A DNA stretch of 64,000 nucleotides from an uncultured Gammaproteobacteria bacterium (GTDB lineage: Bacteria; Patescibacteriota; Patescibacteriia; UBA9934; GWF2-40-263). The stretch is from the NCBI GenBank assembly GCA_964499955.1, contig CAZCMI010000001.1, positions 39,485-103,484 on the forward strand, read 5' to 3'. This document shows positions 40,442 to 48,923 of this stretch, one piece after another; position 1 is the first letter of the stretch; each line of letters starts with the position of its first letter. The notes under the pieces were generated by a model. It made no database searches. It worked only from the letters and a program-made list of their open reading frames with translations, and was not told the origin of the DNA. The translations under genes and the position numbers were made by a program.

Positions 40442-41404
40442 ATGTCCGAACAGCGCAATCTCCTGTCCATCGTCGTGCCTGTCTTTAACGAGGAGGGGAA
40501 TCTTCCGGCCCTCGTTGAGGCCTTGCGCGCGGCGGTGGCGGAAACCGGCATGGACGCGCAGTTCCTCTTCGTGGACGATGGGTCCACGGACGGCGGCCCC
40601 GCCTGGCTGGCGGAAGCGGCCCGCCGGGACGAACGCGTGGCGGTCATCGCCCTGTCGCGCAATTTCGGCAAGGAAATCGCCTTGAGCGCCGGGCTGCACC
40701 ACGCGACCGGCGACGCCTGCCTCATGCTGGACGCCGACTTGCAGCATCCGCCGGAACGCATCCCCGCGTTCGTGGCCGCGTGGCGGGCAGGGAACGACGT
40801 CGTCATCGGCGTGCGCCATGACGAAGCGGACGCCTCCTGGGTGCGCCGCGCGTGCTCGGCGGCCTTCGCGCGGTTCATGTCCCGCGCGTCCGACACGCCC
40901 TTCGTGCCCGGAGCCACGGACTTCCGCCTGCTGGACCGGACGGTCGTGGACGCCTTCAACCGCTTTACGGAACACCGCCGCATGACCCGCGCGTTGGTGG
41001 ATTGGCTCGGGTTCCGCCGCGCCTGCATCCCGTTTTCGGCCCGGGCGCGCGCCAACGGCACGTCCCACTACGGCTTCGGCCGCCTGCTGCGCCTGGCGGT
41101 GGCGGGCGTGGTGTCGCACAGTTTCTTCCCGTTGAAATGGGCCGGCATCTTCGGCATTGCCATTACGGTGGCGTCCGGGGCCTTCGGCCTGTTCCTGCTG
41201 GTGGAAAAATATCTCTTGGGCGACCCGTTCGGTTGGAACGTCTCCGGTGCCGCGTCCCTGGCCGTGCTGAACGTCTTTTTGACCGGCGTGATGTTGAGCT
41301 GTATGGGCCTGCTTTCTCTGTACGTTTCGCACATTCACGCGGAAGCCGCCAACCGGCCGTTGTACGCGGTGCGCGCCCGGCTGAACGTGCCGCCGCGGGT
41401 ATGA
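40442..41404 (+). CDS. GT2 glycosyltransferase, GtrB/ArnC-like polyprenyl-phosphate glycosyltransferase
   Basis: SIVVPVFNEE, VDDGSTD, LSRNFGKE.A..AG, DADLQHPP and DFRLLDR motifs; two C-terminal TMs; NRPLY. Confidence 0.93.
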   Translation: MSEQRNLLSIVVPVFNEEGNLPALVEALRAAVAETGMDAQFLFVDDGSTDGGPAWLAEAARRDERVAVIALSRNFGKEIALSAGLHHATGDACLMLDADLQHPPERIPAFVAAWRAGNDVVIGVRHDEADASWVRRACSAAFARFMSRASDTPFVPGATDFRLLDRTVVDAFNRFTEHRRMTRALVDWLGFRRACIPFSARARANGTSHYGFGRLLRLAVAGVVSHSFFPLKWAGIFGIAITVASGAFGLFLLVEKYLLGDPFGWNVSGAASLAVLNVFLTGVMLSCMGLLSLYVSHIHAEAANRPLYAVRARLNVPPRV

Positions 41405-43518
41405 CGCCCGACGTCAGCATCATCGTACCGACGAAGAACTCCGCCCGCACGTTGGAGACCTGCCTGCGTTCCTGTCGGGCGCAGGAGGGTGTTTCCGTGG
41501 AGGTCGTCGTGGCGGACAATTTTTCCACGGACGGCACGGCGGAGATCGCCCGGACCCACGCGGACCGGGTGTTTGCGTGCGGTCCCGAACGTTCGGCGCA
41601 GCGGAACGAGGGCGCGCGCCAGGCGCGTGGAAACGTCCTCCTGTTCATCGACAGCGACCTGCGTTTGGAACCGGACGCCGCCCGGGCGTGCCTGAAGGCG
41701 CTGCAGGAGCCGGGCGTTCGCGGCGCGGTCCTGCCGGACGAATCCTTCGGCGAGGGATTTTGGTCGGCGTGCAAGACGGCGGAACGCAAATGCTACGAAG
41801 GGGAAGGGTGGATCGAGACGCCGCGCGCGTTTCCGCGGGACGTGTTTTGGGCCGCGGGCGGGTATGACGAAACGATGGTCAGCGGCGAGGACTGGGACCT
41901 GGCGCAGCGCGTGGGCGGGCCGTTCGTTTGCGCGCGGACGCGCATGTATCACGACGAAGGCCGCCTGCCGTTTTGGGGCGCCGCGCGGAAGAAATGGTAT
42001 TACGGGCGCCGGTTCGTTCCGTACGCGGACAAGGCGGAACACGCGGACCTGCGCCGCGCGCAGCTGAGCGCGCGCAAGCGGTTCGCTCTTTTGTGGCGCA
42101 AGACGGGCGAACGCGGGGAGCCGTTGGCGGTGCGGGTTGGCGTCTTGTGGGTGAAGGCCTGCGAAGGCGTCGCGTTCTTCGGCGGGATGGCTTGGACGCG
42201 CGTATTCGGCGCGCCGCGCGGCATGATGCCGTCCGGCGGGCAGAGCGCCCCCCCCCGCGACATTCCCGCTCGCGGCGCTCTTGACGCCGCGTTCGTGTTA
42301 ACCCCCTGTTTTCCACCGGCCGTGGGCGGGACGGAAGCTGCCTCCTCGCGGCTCGCGCGGTTCTTGGCGACGCGCGTGGGCCGCGTGGAAGTGATTTGTC
42401 CGGCGGATGCCGATCCCGGGGCCGCCCGTGCGTTCGACGCGTCTTTTGAAACGCCCGTGCGCCGGTTCGGTTCCCGGTTGTCCCGTGCGGCGGAGGCAAC
42501 TATCGTCCGTTCGAACCGGGGGACGGACCGCATGTACGGCGGGTCCGCGCCGCCTTCGTTGCGCGCGGGCGTGGAGGCCGCGTTCTTCGGGTGCGCCATG
42601 ACGTGGGGTTTCGCGTGGACCTTGTTCCGCCGAGCGCGGGCCGCGGTGGGCGCGAACGTCGCCGTCTCCTGCCATTCGTTGGCGGCCGTTTTTGCCGCGG
42701 GTCTCGTCCGGCGAGCGGTTCCGTCCAAGAAGATGCGGATCGCGTTCGTCAATGGTTTCGTCATCCAGCGGACGGGACAGACGGTGAAGAACTGGCTGAT
42801 TTCCCTGTGTGTGCGGAGGGCGGACGTCTGCGTGTGCGTCTCGGAGGCCGTGGCCCGGCCCTTGCGGGAGGATTTCGGCGCGCGGAAGACGGTCGTATAC
42901 CACTCCTGGCTGGCGTCGTGGGAGGGCGTGGATCGGGCGTGTGCGGCATCTGACGGCGGGCGCGCGTACGAGGCCGGCGTCCTGCACGTGTTGTTCGTCG
43001 GTCGGATCAGCCGGGAGAAGGGAATCGGGGAATTACTCGCGTGGATCCGGCATCTGCGTGAAACGGGTGACCATCGGTATGCCGTAACGATTGTCGGTAC
43101 GGGGGACCCCGCCTTGGAGCGGGCCGTGCGGGAAGAAGCGGGACGCACGCCGTTCCTGCGCATGTTGGGCCGCGTGGACAAACCGGCCCTGTGGGACGTG
43201 TACGCGTCCCACGACGTTTTCCTCATGCCGTCCGTCTGGCAGGAGGGCGCCGGGAATGTCATTATTGAGGCGGCCGCGTGCGGAGTGCCCGTCTTGGGCG
43301 CGCCCGTCGGCGGGATTCCGGAATTGTCCGGCCTCGTGCCGTTTTCGGCTTTATTGGAAGGGAAGGCGCCGGCGGATTTCACACGGGCGTTGGATGCCAT
43401 GGCCGCGCGCATGCGCGCGGCCGGGCGTCCGGCCGTCGTCCAGGCCTGCCGCGCCGCCGCCCGAACGCATTTTTCGGCTGCCAACGCCGAGGTTATTTGG
43501 AACGCATTCGGTTTATGA
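41401..43518 (+). CDS. GT2-GT4 fusion glycosyltransferase
   Basis: N-terminal SIIVPTKNS, DNFSTD, ERSAQRN and EDWDL motifs; C-terminal PPAVGGTE, LFVGRISREKG and EGAGNVIIEAAACG motifs in one frame. Confidence 0.88.
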   Translation: MTPDVSIIVPTKNSARTLETCLRSCRAQEGVSVEVVVADNFSTDGTAEIARTHADRVFACGPERSAQRNEGARQARGNVLLFIDSDLRLEPDAARACLKALQEPGVRGAVLPDESFGEGFWSACKTAERKCYEGEGWIETPRAFPRDVFWAAGGYDETMVSGEDWDLAQRVGGPFVCARTRMYHDEGRLPFWGAARKKWYYGRRFVPYADKAEHADLRRAQLSARKRFALLWRKTGERGEPLAVRVGVLWVKACEGVAFFGGMAWTRVFGAPRGMMPSGGQSAPPRDIPARGALDAAFVLTPCFPPAVGGTEAASSRLARFLATRVGRVEVICPADADPGAARAFDASFETPVRRFGSRLSRAAEATIVRSNRGTDRMYGGSAPPSLRAGVEAAFFGCAMTWGFAWTLFRRARAAVGANVAVSCHSLAAVFAAGLVRRAVPSKKMRIAFVNGFVIQRTGQTVKNWLISLCVRRADVCVCVSEAVARPLREDFGARKTVVYHSWLASWEGVDRACAASDGGRAYEAGVLHVLFVGRISREKGIGELLAWIRHLRETGDHRYAVTIVGTGDPALERAVREEAGRTPFLRMLGRVDKPALWDVYASHDVFLMPSVWQEGAGNVIIEAAACGVPVLGAPVGGIPELSGLVPFSALLEGKAPADFTRALDAMAARMRAAGRPAVVQACRAAARTHFSAANAEVIWNAFGL

Positions 43519-44525
43519 TTGTCGCCAGCGTCGCCGTTCCCGCGCGGAACGCGGAGAAAACCATGGGAGCGTGCCTGCGCGCGCTTGCGCGGCAGACCTT
43601 CCCGCCGGACCAGTTTGAGGTCGTCGTGTGCGACGACGGTTCGACGGACGCAACTCGCGCCATCGTCGAGCGCTTCGCCCAAACCGCCCCCTTCCGCCTG
43701 CGCTTATTGCGGCGCCGTCCCGATGACGTGCACGGCCCCGGCTTTGCGCGCGGGGACGCCTGGCGTGCGTGCGAGGGAGACGTCCTGCTGGCGACGGACG
43801 CGGATTGCGTGCCGGATCCCGCCTGGATCGCCGAAGCCGTCGCGGCCGTGCGGGAACGCGGGGAAGCCGTCGTCTTCGGCGCGACGGTCGCGGAAGACCT
43901 GTTGTTATTTCCACATCGGGCCGCTGCGATCGGCTGGGGCGTCACCGGCAATTGCGCCGCGCGGCGGGACGTTTTCCAGACCCATGCGTTCGACCCCTCG
44001 TTCGTCGGGCTGTACGGCGAAGACGCGGATTATTTCCTGCGGATCGAACGGGCCGGCGTCCGCATCGCCCGCGTTCCCGGCATGCGGGTTCTGCATCCGG
44101 TAAAGGTGTATGGCGCGAAGACGCTCGCGTACCGCGCTTTCAGCAGGAAGAACGAAGCGTTATTGCATAAAAAGCACGGCGGGCGCGCGGCGCCGTTCTT
44201 CCATCCGTTTTTTCGCGCCTTCGGTCGAACGGGCGTTTCCCCGATGTTCCTCGCCGTCGTCGGGTTTTTTCTCGCGGCGGTCTTGCTCATCGCCACCGTG
44301 CCTCTCCGCCTCGTTCTTGTCCTGTTTGCCGCAAGCGCCGTGATGGGCGGCATCTGGTTCCTGTGTTGGGGCTACAAGACGTGTATCATATTCCTGCCGC
44401 CGGACGCGCCGCCCGTGTCGGTGCGGGAACGGGTACGGACGCTCGCTTCGCTTGTCTTGTACATGCCGTGCCTCCTCGCCGCCCGCGTATACGGGTCGGT
44501 CCGATATCATACGTGGTTCGTTTGA
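43515..44525 (+). CDS. GT2 glycosyltransferase with C-terminal TMs
   Basis: SVAVPARN, CDDGSTD, TDADC.P and GEDADY motifs. Confidence 0.9.
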   Translation: MIVASVAVPARNAEKTMGACLRALARQTFPPDQFEVVVCDDGSTDATRAIVERFAQTAPFRLRLLRRRPDDVHGPGFARGDAWRACEGDVLLATDADCVPDPAWIAEAVAAVRERGEAVVFGATVAEDLLLFPHRAAAIGWGVTGNCAARRDVFQTHAFDPSFVGLYGEDADYFLRIERAGVRIARVPGMRVLHPVKVYGAKTLAYRAFSRKNEALLHKKHGGRAAPFFHPFFRAFGRTGVSPMFLAVVGFFLAAVLLIATVPLRLVLVLFAASAVMGGIWFLCWGYKTCIIFLPPDAPPVSVRERVRTLASLVLYMPCLLAARVYGSVRYHTWFV

Positions 44526-44538
44526 CCTTCTCCCGTCT

Positions 44539-46206
44539 ATGACCTTCGCCTCCCTCCGAACCCACGCCGCCGCCTGGTTGAAGCGTTGGGTGCATCTGTG
44601 GCCGTTTCCCCTGGCCGTGCTGGCCGTCACCGGTCCGTGGTTGGCGCCCGGGTACCTGTTTTTCACGGACTTCGCCGTCGGCCCGTATTCCCGCTTTTCC
44701 TGGCCGACGATTGGGGCGCCGGGAAAGGCGCTCATGCACGTCGTCGGCGCGGTGACCTCGAACGACGTCGGGCAGACGGTCTTTTTGGTGGCGCTGTGCG
44801 CCGCCTTGCTCGCCGGCGGGTACCGCCTGGCCCGCGCGTTTACGGACGACAAAACCGTCGCCGTGGTGGCGGGGTTATTCTTCCTGTTCAATCCGTTCGT
44901 GTACGACCGCTTCGGCTACGGGCAGGTGTGGGTGATCGCCAGCGTGGCCTGCATGGCCCTGGCCTTCGCCTCCGCCTGCGATTGGACGCGCGACCCGGCG
45001 GGGAAGCGCTGGGCCATCTTCCGCGCCTTGGCGTGGGCGGGGTTGTCCGTGCACTTCACGCCGCACGCGGCGTATTTGTTGGCGCCGCTCGCCCTGGCCT
45101 GGCTCGTTTGGTCCGTGCGGGAAACGGTGGCGGCGGGGACGGCGAAGGACATCTGGCGCGCGGCCATCGTGCCCGTGCTGCTCGGTCTCGCGGCCGCGGC
45201 CGTGATGAACCTCAACTGGGTCTGGCCCAGCGGCGGTGGCGGCGGGGGCGGCCTGTGGATTTCCACGGAGGAAATTACGTGGCACCACTTCCAGGTGTTC
45301 CGCACGGCGGGGGAGACGGCCTTCGACGCTTCGGCCCGCGTGGCGGCCTTGGCGGGCTTTTGGGGCGCCGCCCAGCACCGCTACCAGGATTTCACCGCCG
45401 AACCCGGCTGGATGAGCGCGTTCCTGCTGTCCGTGCCGTTGTTGGCCGCGGGCTGGTGGCAGGGCATGCGCGACCCGCGCCGGCGGTGGCTGGCCTGGGG
45501 GACGCTCGCCGCGGCGTTTGTTTCCTTCCTGCTGGCCTTGGGGTTGGCGTCCGCGCCCACGGAGGCGCTCACCCGCTTCCTCTTTGCCCACGCGCCCGGC
45601 TACTCCGGCATGCGCGAAACGCAAAAATGGGCGGCGGTGATGCTGGTGTGCTACGTCGTGTGGCTCACGTGGGGCCTGGCCTGGCTCCGCACGCGCACAT
45701 GGGTGCGCGGCTGGCGCGCGGCGCTCACCGCGTTCGTGGCGGCCGTCATGATCGCCCAGGCGCCGCTGTTGGCCTGGGGGCTGCACGGCGCGTTCACCCC
45801 GCGCCCCTACCCGGACGATTGGCAGGAACTGGCCGTTTGGTTGGAAGAACGCGGCTGCGACGGCACCATCGTCTTCCTGCCGTGGCACATGTACATGGCC
45901 TTCCGGTGGATCGGCCCCGCGCCGGTGATCCGGCCGACCGCCGCTTTCCCGTGCCGCATGCTCGGCACGTCGGACATGGAATGGGGCGGGGTGGAGGTGA
46001 TTGAGCGGGGAGCGCAGGGAGAGGTGGCCGCCTGGGTGAAAGCCCAGGGCAAAACCGACGTCCTGGCCGACCCGGACATCGACATCCGCCTGATCGTCCT
46101 GGCCAAGGAAGCGGACTGGCAGCGGTATGCGTGGCTTGCGAACGTTCCCGAGCTGCGCGGCGTATTCGACACGCCCACGCTGCGCGTGTACGAGGTCGTG
46201 CGGTAA
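44539..46206 (+). CDS. polytopic membrane protein, probable GT-C glycosyltransferase (AftD N-terminus-like)
   Basis: LAPGYLFFTD, FNPFVYDRF..GQ and MRETQKW motifs; more than 10 TMs. Confidence 0.7.
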   Translation: MTFASLRTHAAAWLKRWVHLWPFPLAVLAVTGPWLAPGYLFFTDFAVGPYSRFSWPTIGAPGKALMHVVGAVTSNDVGQTVFLVALCAALLAGGYRLARAFTDDKTVAVVAGLFFLFNPFVYDRFGYGQVWVIASVACMALAFASACDWTRDPAGKRWAIFRALAWAGLSVHFTPHAAYLLAPLALAWLVWSVRETVAAGTAKDIWRAAIVPVLLGLAAAAVMNLNWVWPSGGGGGGGLWISTEEITWHHFQVFRTAGETAFDASARVAALAGFWGAAQHRYQDFTAEPGWMSAFLLSVPLLAAGWWQGMRDPRRRWLAWGTLAAAFVSFLLALGLASAPTEALTRFLFAHAPGYSGMRETQKWAAVMLVCYVVWLTWGLAWLRTRTWVRGWRAALTAFVAAVMIAQAPLLAWGLHGAFTPRPYPDDWQELAVWLEERGCDGTIVFLPWHMYMAFRWIGPAPVIRPTAAFPCRMLGTSDMEWGGVEVIERGAQGEVAAWVKAQGKTDVLADPDIDIRLIVLAKEADWQRYAWLANVPELRGVFDTPTLRVYEVVR

Positions 46207-46222
46207 GTGATGAAGAGGGAAC

Positions 46223-46254
46223 AACGTCCGCCTCACGGCGGGCGTTTCGTTTTG
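46223..46254 (+). terminator. intrinsic terminator followed by extended -10 TGGTATACT
   Basis: AACGTCCGCC-tcac-GGCGGGCGTT followed by a T tract. Confidence 0.7.
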
Positions 46255-46302
46255 TGGTATACTCCTCCCGATTAATCCATGCTTGTTTTCTTTTCCAACG
46301 GT

Positions 46303-48861
46303 ATGTCCCTTGAGAGCGTCCAGACGTGTGCGCGGCAGACGGCCGCGCGCTGGTTGCCCGCGGCGTTGATCGCCGTGGCCGCCTGTTTCCTGTTCGCGCC
46401 GCGCGTGCACGCGCATTTTCTCCGTGTAGACGGCCCGGTCGGTTGGGGCTACGGCTACGGGTACGGCTTTACGGCCGGCTACGGCTGGGACGAAGGAACG
46501 CAGGCGGGCGTGCGCCTGTCCGGTGAACCGGGTCCGGTGGGGGTAGATACGTCCATCTCATCCACCACGTGGCACTTCACCTATAACGAAATCACGGGTG
46601 ATTACGCCTACGAAGTGGTCGGCAACCAGGAATTCGACGACGGAAATGTGCCTCTTGAGGAATTGGACAGCGTCGACGACGGCATGTCCGACGGCGTGTA
46701 CCTGGGCTTCGATTTCCCGTTCTACGGGGAAACGTACGGCTACGGCTACGCGTCCACGAACGGGTTCCTCACGTTCAACCCGGACTCCTACGACGGCTGC
46801 TGCAACGGGCTCGCAATGCCGGATCCGGATCTGGCGGAGGAAGAGGATCTTCATTCCCTTATCGCCGGGTTTTGGACGGACTTGTCCAATAGTTTCGAGG
46901 GGGCGCGCATGTTCTACCGGTTGGTCGCCGGGGAACCCGGCGAGTCCCTCGCTATTTTCCACTGGGAAGATGTCCAGGTCCGGTATAGCGGCGGATCAAC
47001 GGCCACCGTCTCGTTCAGGATCGTCTTGGAGGAATCGGGCGATTTCTACGTGGAGTTGATTGCCTTGAATAACCAGCCGGAGGATAACTACCATCTCACC
47101 ATCGGCAGCTTGAACCAGGACGCCACCCGCGCCACCACGGTGTACAACGCGTTCCACGTGGGTGGTCGGCAGAGCCTCGGTTTGTACGGATACGGCTATG
47201 GCTACGGCCTGCCGTTGTGGAACAATGCCAACGTGCTCGCGTATGACGCGCAGACCAACACGTACGACATCCCCGCGTCCGCGTTCCCATTTGTCGTGCA
47301 ATCCGGCCTCATCGACATCCCCGGCTTCTCCGGCGATCTGGACGACATCGATTACGATGAAAACGAAGACCAATGGATGTCGAGTTTCGTGATGAATCTC
47401 CGCGTTCGCGTCGGCGAGCACACCGTCTATTTCCCGCAGGGCACGATCTTGGACACGGGAGATTTGTCCAACTGGTCGGCGTCGGCCAGCGTGGACACGA
47501 CGGGTGTTGAAGGCACGGTTCGCGCCGCCCTGTCGATCAAGGTGAACTCCTGGGATCTGACCGACATCGACGAAGAAGACCCGGTCTACACCTTCAAGGT
47601 GAACAGCGGGTTGAACGGGCAGAGCTTGGCCGTTTGGTCCTTTGAGGAAGGCGGCTGGTGGTTGACGGAGGACAGCTGCACGGTTTCGGGCGGCTTCTGC
47701 GTCGTCGACTCGTTCGACAACGTCGGTGCCATCGCGCTCTCCGGCGGCACCATTTCCTCCGGCGGCGGGGGTGGCGGCGGCGGTTCTTCCTTCGGCGCCC
47801 CGCAGACGACGTCCCTCACCATCGCCCAACCCACCTCCGGTACCCAGCTCGCCCACGGCAGCTCCACCTCCATCGTGTGGTACGCCCAGGGAGGCATCGC
47901 GCAGGTCCGCGTGTCCCTCTCGTATGACGGCGGTACCACGTGGAGCGTCGTGCTCGGCACCACGCCCAACAGCTTCCTGCCGTGGACGGTTCCCAATGCG
48001 GCCACGCAACAGGCCCGCATCCGCTTGGAAGGATTGTCCTCGAGCGGATCCGTGCTTGCCACAGCCGTTTCCCAGCCCTTCACCATCACCGGCACGACGG
48101 AAGCGCCCGTCACGGTTGTCCCGCCCACGGAAGGAACCATCGGCTTCAACGAAGACCGCCTGGGCGTCTCCTTCCCGCAGCGCGTCACCCGGGAAGAAGC
48201 CAACGCCGCGCTTCCCGCCGGCATCGTCGTGGACGACCTCATCAAAGTTCCCGATGACGGCAATCCCGTCACCCAGTCCGACACCACCGTGTACTATGTG
48301 GGCATGGACGCCCGCCGCCATCCGTTCCCGAGCGCCGCGTCCTTCCTGTCCTGGTACCCGGACTTTGGCGACGTGAAGGACGTCACTTTGGAACAGCTTT
48401 CCGCCATTCCCTTGGGTTCCCCCATCATGCCGCGGCCCGGCACGCACTGGGTGAAGATCCAGAGCGACCCCAAGACCTACTTCGTTTCTCCCGGCTACGT
48501 GCTGCACCACGTTGCCGACGAAGCGACCGCCGCCCTGCTCGGCGGACCCGACTGGAACCGGAACGTCGTGGACATCGAACCCACGTTCTTCCCCCGGTAT
48601 CTCCAGGGCCAGTCCATCACCCTCCAGAACCTCCAGATTTCCTGGCCGTCCGGCGCCCTGCTGCAAACCGTTGAGAACCCGGGCCAAACGTACCTGATGA
48701 CCTCCGAAGGCCTCCGGTTGTTCGCCGACGATTCCTTCGCGCAAAACCGCTACCAAGAACGCTTCATTCTCAAGACGTCCGCTTCCTCCCCCTGGAACGC
48801 TCTCCAGCGCGGGAACCCCATCGCCTCGCAGGAAGACCGGCTGTGGAGTTTGATGCATTAG
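46303..48861 (+). CDS. exported surface protein: GYGYG motifs, NIDO-like domain, poly-Gly linker, Ig-like domain and shared anchor domain
   Basis: Signal ..APRVHA; LGFDFPFYG..Y...YASTNGFLTF and IAGFWTDL motifs; ..KIQSDPKTY domain; alternative start 46279. Confidence 0.85.
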   Translation: MSLESVQTCARQTAARWLPAALIAVAACFLFAPRVHAHFLRVDGPVGWGYGYGYGFTAGYGWDEGTQAGVRLSGEPGPVGVDTSISSTTWHFTYNEITGDYAYEVVGNQEFDDGNVPLEELDSVDDGMSDGVYLGFDFPFYGETYGYGYASTNGFLTFNPDSYDGCCNGLAMPDPDLAEEEDLHSLIAGFWTDLSNSFEGARMFYRLVAGEPGESLAIFHWEDVQVRYSGGSTATVSFRIVLEESGDFYVELIALNNQPEDNYHLTIGSLNQDATRATTVYNAFHVGGRQSLGLYGYGYGYGLPLWNNANVLAYDAQTNTYDIPASAFPFVVQSGLIDIPGFSGDLDDIDYDENEDQWMSSFVMNLRVRVGEHTVYFPQGTILDTGDLSNWSASASVDTTGVEGTVRAALSIKVNSWDLTDIDEEDPVYTFKVNSGLNGQSLAVWSFEEGGWWLTEDSCTVSGGFCVVDSFDNVGAIALSGGTISSGGGGGGGGSSFGAPQTTSLTIAQPTSGTQLAHGSSTSIVWYAQGGIAQVRVSLSYDGGTTWSVVLGTTPNSFLPWTVPNAATQQARIRLEGLSSSGSVLATAVSQPFTITGTTEAPVTVVPPTEGTIGFNEDRLGVSFPQRVTREEANAALPAGIVVDDLIKVPDDGNPVTQSDTTVYYVGMDARRHPFPSAASFLSWYPDFGDVKDVTLEQLSAIPLGSPIMPRPGTHWVKIQSDPKTYFVSPGYVLHHVADEATAALLGGPDWNRNVVDIEPTFFPRYLQGQSITLQNLQISWPSGALLQTVENPGQTYLMTSEGLRLFADDSFAQNRYQERFILKTSASSPWNALQRGNPIASQEDRLWSLMH

Positions 48862-48876
48862 AGAACGGCTGACGCG

Positions 48877-48904
48877 AAAACCCCCGTCATATGGCGGGGG
48901 TTTT
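48877..48904. terminator. intrinsic terminator
   Basis: AAAACCCCCGTCAT/ATGGCGGGGGTTTT. Confidence 0.75.
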
Positions 48905-48923
48905 GTGTTACCATGGGCGCGTT

